Shown here: piece by piece, positions 61,086 to 64,000 of the stretch | Position numbering within the stretch: position 1 is the stretch's first letter | How the letters are laid out: every line of letters starts with the position of its first letter | Source: an uncultured Thermoplasmata archaeon | GTDB lineage: Archaea > Thermoplasmatota > Thermoplasmata > UBA10834 | Direction of reading: 5' to 3' | Length of the DNA: 64,000 nucleotides | Assembly (NCBI GenBank): GCA_963719945.1 | Contig: CAVRDX010000001.1 | Span: forward strand, 205,087-269,086 | Notes under the pieces: model-generated | What the model saw: only the letters and a program-made list of their open reading frames with translations | What the model was told of the DNA's origin: nothing | The model's database searches: none | Position numbers and translations under genes: made by a program

Positions 61086-63518
61086 TCAAGGTCGGAACCT
61101 CCTCAGCATGGACGCGTTTGTGACAACTGAGACCGAGCTGAACGCCATGGCCCCTGCGGCTATCATCGGACTGAGAAGCCAATCAGTGAACGGGTAGAGT
61201 ATCCCTGCCGCAATCGGTATCGACGCTGTGTTATAGGCGAGTGCCCAGAACAGGTTCTCTTTGATCTTGCGGAATGTGCGCCTGCTGAGCCGAATGGCCG
61301 TGGAGACTCCTTCCAGATCGTCTCGGACGAGAACGATATTGCCAGACTCGAGGGCGATGTCCGTCCCGCTCCCGATGGCAATCCCTATGTCTGCCTGGGC
61401 AAGTGCCGGCGCGTCGTTTATTCCATCTCCTACCATTGCTACGATCTCTCCGATATCCTGATACGATCGGATGGCAGCGGCCTTATCCTTCGGAAGGAGG
61501 TGGGCTTTGAAATCACGGATGCCCGCTTTTGTGGCAATCGCTCTTGCGGTCCTCTCATTGTCTCCGGTGAGCATCACCACCCTCAACCCCATTTCCGTCA
61601 GAGTGCGGACCGCCTCTCTTGTCCCTGGCTTGAGGGTATCGGCCACCCCGATGGCTCCCAACGCCTTATCCTGAGCGATGCAGACCATAACTGTCATTCC
61701 CTCATCTTCCATCTGTGAGATGGATTGGTCCAGGTCTGATATGTCTGTCATCAATCGCGCTGCCATTCTCCTATTGCCGACATGTATGGTCACGCCCTTC
61801 ACGGTCGAGGTCACTCCTTCACCTGGCGTCACTATGGATGTGTCCGGATCGTCCAGGGAGATGCCTGCCTCACGGGCAGCCTCGATCACCGCATTGGATA
61901 GGACATGCTCAGAACCCCTCTCCGCGCTTCCAGCATGGTACAGCAGTTCTCGCTCGTCGTGCGCATCCCCAAGCACCAACCTCACGACCTTCGGTTCGCC
62001 GACGGTCAGTGTGCCCGTTTTATCAAATATCAGGGTGGTCAGTTTTCCAGCGGTCTCCAGAGCGTCGGCATCCTTTATCAGCACTCCAAGTTGCGCACCC
62101 CTGCCCGTGCCGACAACGATTGCGGTGGGAGTGGCGAGCCCCAATGCGCATGGGCATGCGATCACTAGCACCGTCACGAATGTGGTCAGGGAGAACGACA
62201 GTGCATCTCCGACGTCCCATATCTCGGATCCTACGAAGTACCAGAAGATGAATGTGGACACGGCTACTGTCAGTACTGCTGGCACGAAGTATCCCGCGAT
62301 CTTGTCGGCATATCTCTCTATCGGCGCTTTAGAGCTCTGCGCATCCTCCACAAGCCTCACTATCTGGGCCAAGGTCGTGTTCCTGCCTATGCGAGTGGCC
62401 TTCACTTTCAGCACGCCTGATATGTTGACGGTCCCGCCGATTACTTCGGCTCCCTCGACCTTCTCCTGAGGCATCGATTCGCCAGTGACCATGGATTCGT
62501 CCACCGACGAACGCCCGGATTGGACATTGCCATCGATCGGCAATCTCTCTCCAGGCTTGACCACGACAAGGTCCCCTTCTTTGATTTCATCGACGCTGAC
62601 CTGCATTTCCACACCATCCCTTATCATCACTGCTGTGGATGGCTGGAGGTCCATGAGCTTCATTATCGCCTCCGAAGTCGAACCCCTGGACCTGAGTTCC
62701 AGATACTTCCCTGCGAGGACCAATGTAATTATCACGGCTGAAGTGTCGAAATAGACATCGGGTGTGCTCACCAAATCAGGACTCAGCGTGACTATCAAGC
62801 TGTATATGAACGCGGAGCTGGTCCCAAGGACCACCAGTGTGTCCATGTTGGCTCTCTTGTTCAAGATCGCTCTGTATGCACCCTTATAGTACCTGAATCC
62901 CGCGAAGAATTGGACCGGAACCGCGAGGATTAGCAGGATGTAATTCCTGGCCTCTGTGGTCATGAGGTCTGACCAGAACGAGTATGTCATGGTCATCGAC
63001 GCGATTGGGATCGCGAACGCCAATGCGATGACGAGATCCCTCACCCCCGCACTCAACTCTGCTTTCCTGGCCAGCCGCTCGGCCATGACCCCCTCTATCT
63101 CGAGGACCTTGTATCCCGCCTTCTCGACTGCTGCTGCGAGCATGGACCTTGAAGCCAAGGTGGAATCGTAGTCCACCGTCGCCTTGCCGAGGGCAAAATT
63201 GACCTTTGCGTCCGTCACCCCTGGGACCTCTTCCAGAGTCTCCTTGATCGTGAGCGCGCATGTGGCGCAATGCATTCCACCGATTGTCAGCGTTGATTCA
63301 TCATGCGCGATATCGTACCCCGTTGACCTGACAGCCTCGGCAACATCCTCAATCGAAGCCCTGTCTGGGTCAAATCGGAAGGTGGCTTTCTCGGTCGCCA
63401 GGTTGACAGTGATATCGTCAACACCTTCAACTGATTCTATGGATTCTCGTACTGCATCTACGCATGTTGCACAATGCATGCCCTTGATTCGGACCGACCC
63501 CTTTCTCGAACCCGACAA
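61086..63518 (-). CDS. copA: Copper-translocating P1B-type ATPase with tandem N-terminal heavy-metal-associated domains
   Basis: 810 aa. Two HMA motifs (GMHCATC x2) are followed by 8 TM helices with the CPC motif ([11 protein letters not shown]), a DKTGTLT phosphorylation site and a GDGINDAP hinge. Confidence 0.9.
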   Translation of the reverse strand: MSGSRKGSVRIKGMHCATCVDAVRESIESVEGVDDITVNLATEKATFRFDPDRASIEDVAEAVRSTGYDIAHDESTLTIGGMHCATCALTIKETLEEVPGVTDAKVNFALGKATVDYDSTLASRSMLAAAVEKAGYKVLEIEGVMAERLARKAELSAGVRDLVIALAFAIPIASMTMTYSFWSDLMTTEARNYILLILAVPVQFFAGFRYYKGAYRAILNKRANMDTLVVLGTSSAFIYSLIVTLSPDLVSTPDVYFDTSAVIITLVLAGKYLELRSRGSTSEAIMKLMDLQPSTAVMIRDGVEMQVSVDEIKEGDLVVVKPGERLPIDGNVQSGRSSVDESMVTGESMPQEKVEGAEVIGGTVNISGVLKVKATRIGRNTTLAQIVRLVEDAQSSKAPIERYADKIAGYFVPAVLTVAVSTFIFWYFVGSEIWDVGDALSFSLTTFVTVLVIACPCALGLATPTAIVVGTGRGAQLGVLIKDADALETAGKLTTLIFDKTGTLTVGEPKVVRLVLGDAHDERELLYHAGSAERGSEHVLSNAVIEAAREAGISLDDPDTSIVTPGEGVTSTVKGVTIHVGNRRMAARLMTDISDLDQSISQMEDEGMTVMVCIAQDKALGAIGVADTLKPGTREAVRTLTEMGLRVVMLTGDNERTARAIATKAGIRDFKAHLLPKDKAAAIRSYQDIGEIVAMVGDGINDAPALAQADIGIAIGSGTDIALESGNIVLVRDDLEGVSTAIRLSRRTFRKIKENLFWALAYNTASIPIAAGILYPFTDWLLSPMIAAGAMAFSSVSVVTNASMLRRFRP

Positions 63519-64000
63519 ATCCTCTCTCCTCTCAGATCAGATAATAGATTGTCCTAGCACATGCAATCAAATATCAATTGTGCCGGTCCGATGCCCTCGT
63601 ACGCTTAGTCTTCGATGTGATCGAACGGACGGTGGATAATGTATCAAAAAGGGGAATATTCGTTCAATACATATGTCTGTTTGACCGTAAATAGGCACAT
63701 CTTTCATGAATGATTCTATACCACAACAGTCTCTTCCGCGAGATCTCTGCTGCCCTCTCATCTCGGCCGTCATGATCGTTCTTGCCCTTCTCAGCGAAGG
63801 TCCTTTGTTTTCTGATTGCTGCTCTGATTGTCATAAATGATGCAAGGCGCGGTCATTGGGGTCGTTCTGAGCGGGCAGATATGCCCGCGGATTGGCCACT
63901 TACCGTACTTTCCCAGGGATGCATTTACTATGGAGTATCTCCTATGTTCCAATGCGAGGTGTCGCTCATTGGCTCGAGTCAATGTCAAGTTCTTCGCTAC

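Noticed and set aside
63871-63888. Hairpin GCGGGCAgataTGCCCGC in the region beyond copA
   Set aside because: It is a single short stem-loop in a window edge region, with no second copy and no adjacent oligo-T. It is not enough to call a terminator or RNA.

Overview
This 64 kb window is a gene-dense (~90% coding, ~55% GC) stretch of an archaeal chromosome. The archaeal assignment rests on RNase P protein Rpp21, ribosomal protein L10e, Dph2, the queD-queC-queE preQ0 genes, an archaeal-type ThrRS and an AsnRS-like AsnA. The lineage cannot be fixed from sequence alone; it is euryarchaeal-like, possibly Thermoplasmatota-like.

The core part holds the amino-acid biosynthesis clusters leuA-leuC-leuD-leuB plus pheA, and ilvD-lysC-hom-thrC with a convergent thrB. 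It also holds thrS, a copper P-type ATPase, a polX-ligA operon and an asnC/asnA divergent pair.

The accessory-looking parts are:
- A non-pyrrolysine MttB-superfamily methyltransferase cluster: two MttB paralogs, a B12 corrinoid protein and a divergent pterin-binding methyltransferase.
- A peptide-type ABC importer (anchored SBP, OppB, and OppC with PKD domains) with no ATPase genes nearby. It is divergent from a 1846-aa surface protein built as module A, six tandem Ig-like repeats, then module A'.
- An island (44.4-52.9 kb) with a PAS-GAF-GAF histidine kinase and no response regulator, a HAD hydrolase, a class-A beta-lactamase-fold hydrolase with no signal peptide, a wHTH-nucleotidyltransferase fusion and an LD-carboxypeptidase.
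- Three paralogous DUF835-like C-terminal domain proteins: two in that island and a third, membrane-anchored one at 18.6 kb.
- A 742-aa E/R/K-rich coiled-coil protein next to a kinase-fold protein and a zinc-ribbon protein.

No rRNA, tRNA, CRISPR array or transposase was recognised.
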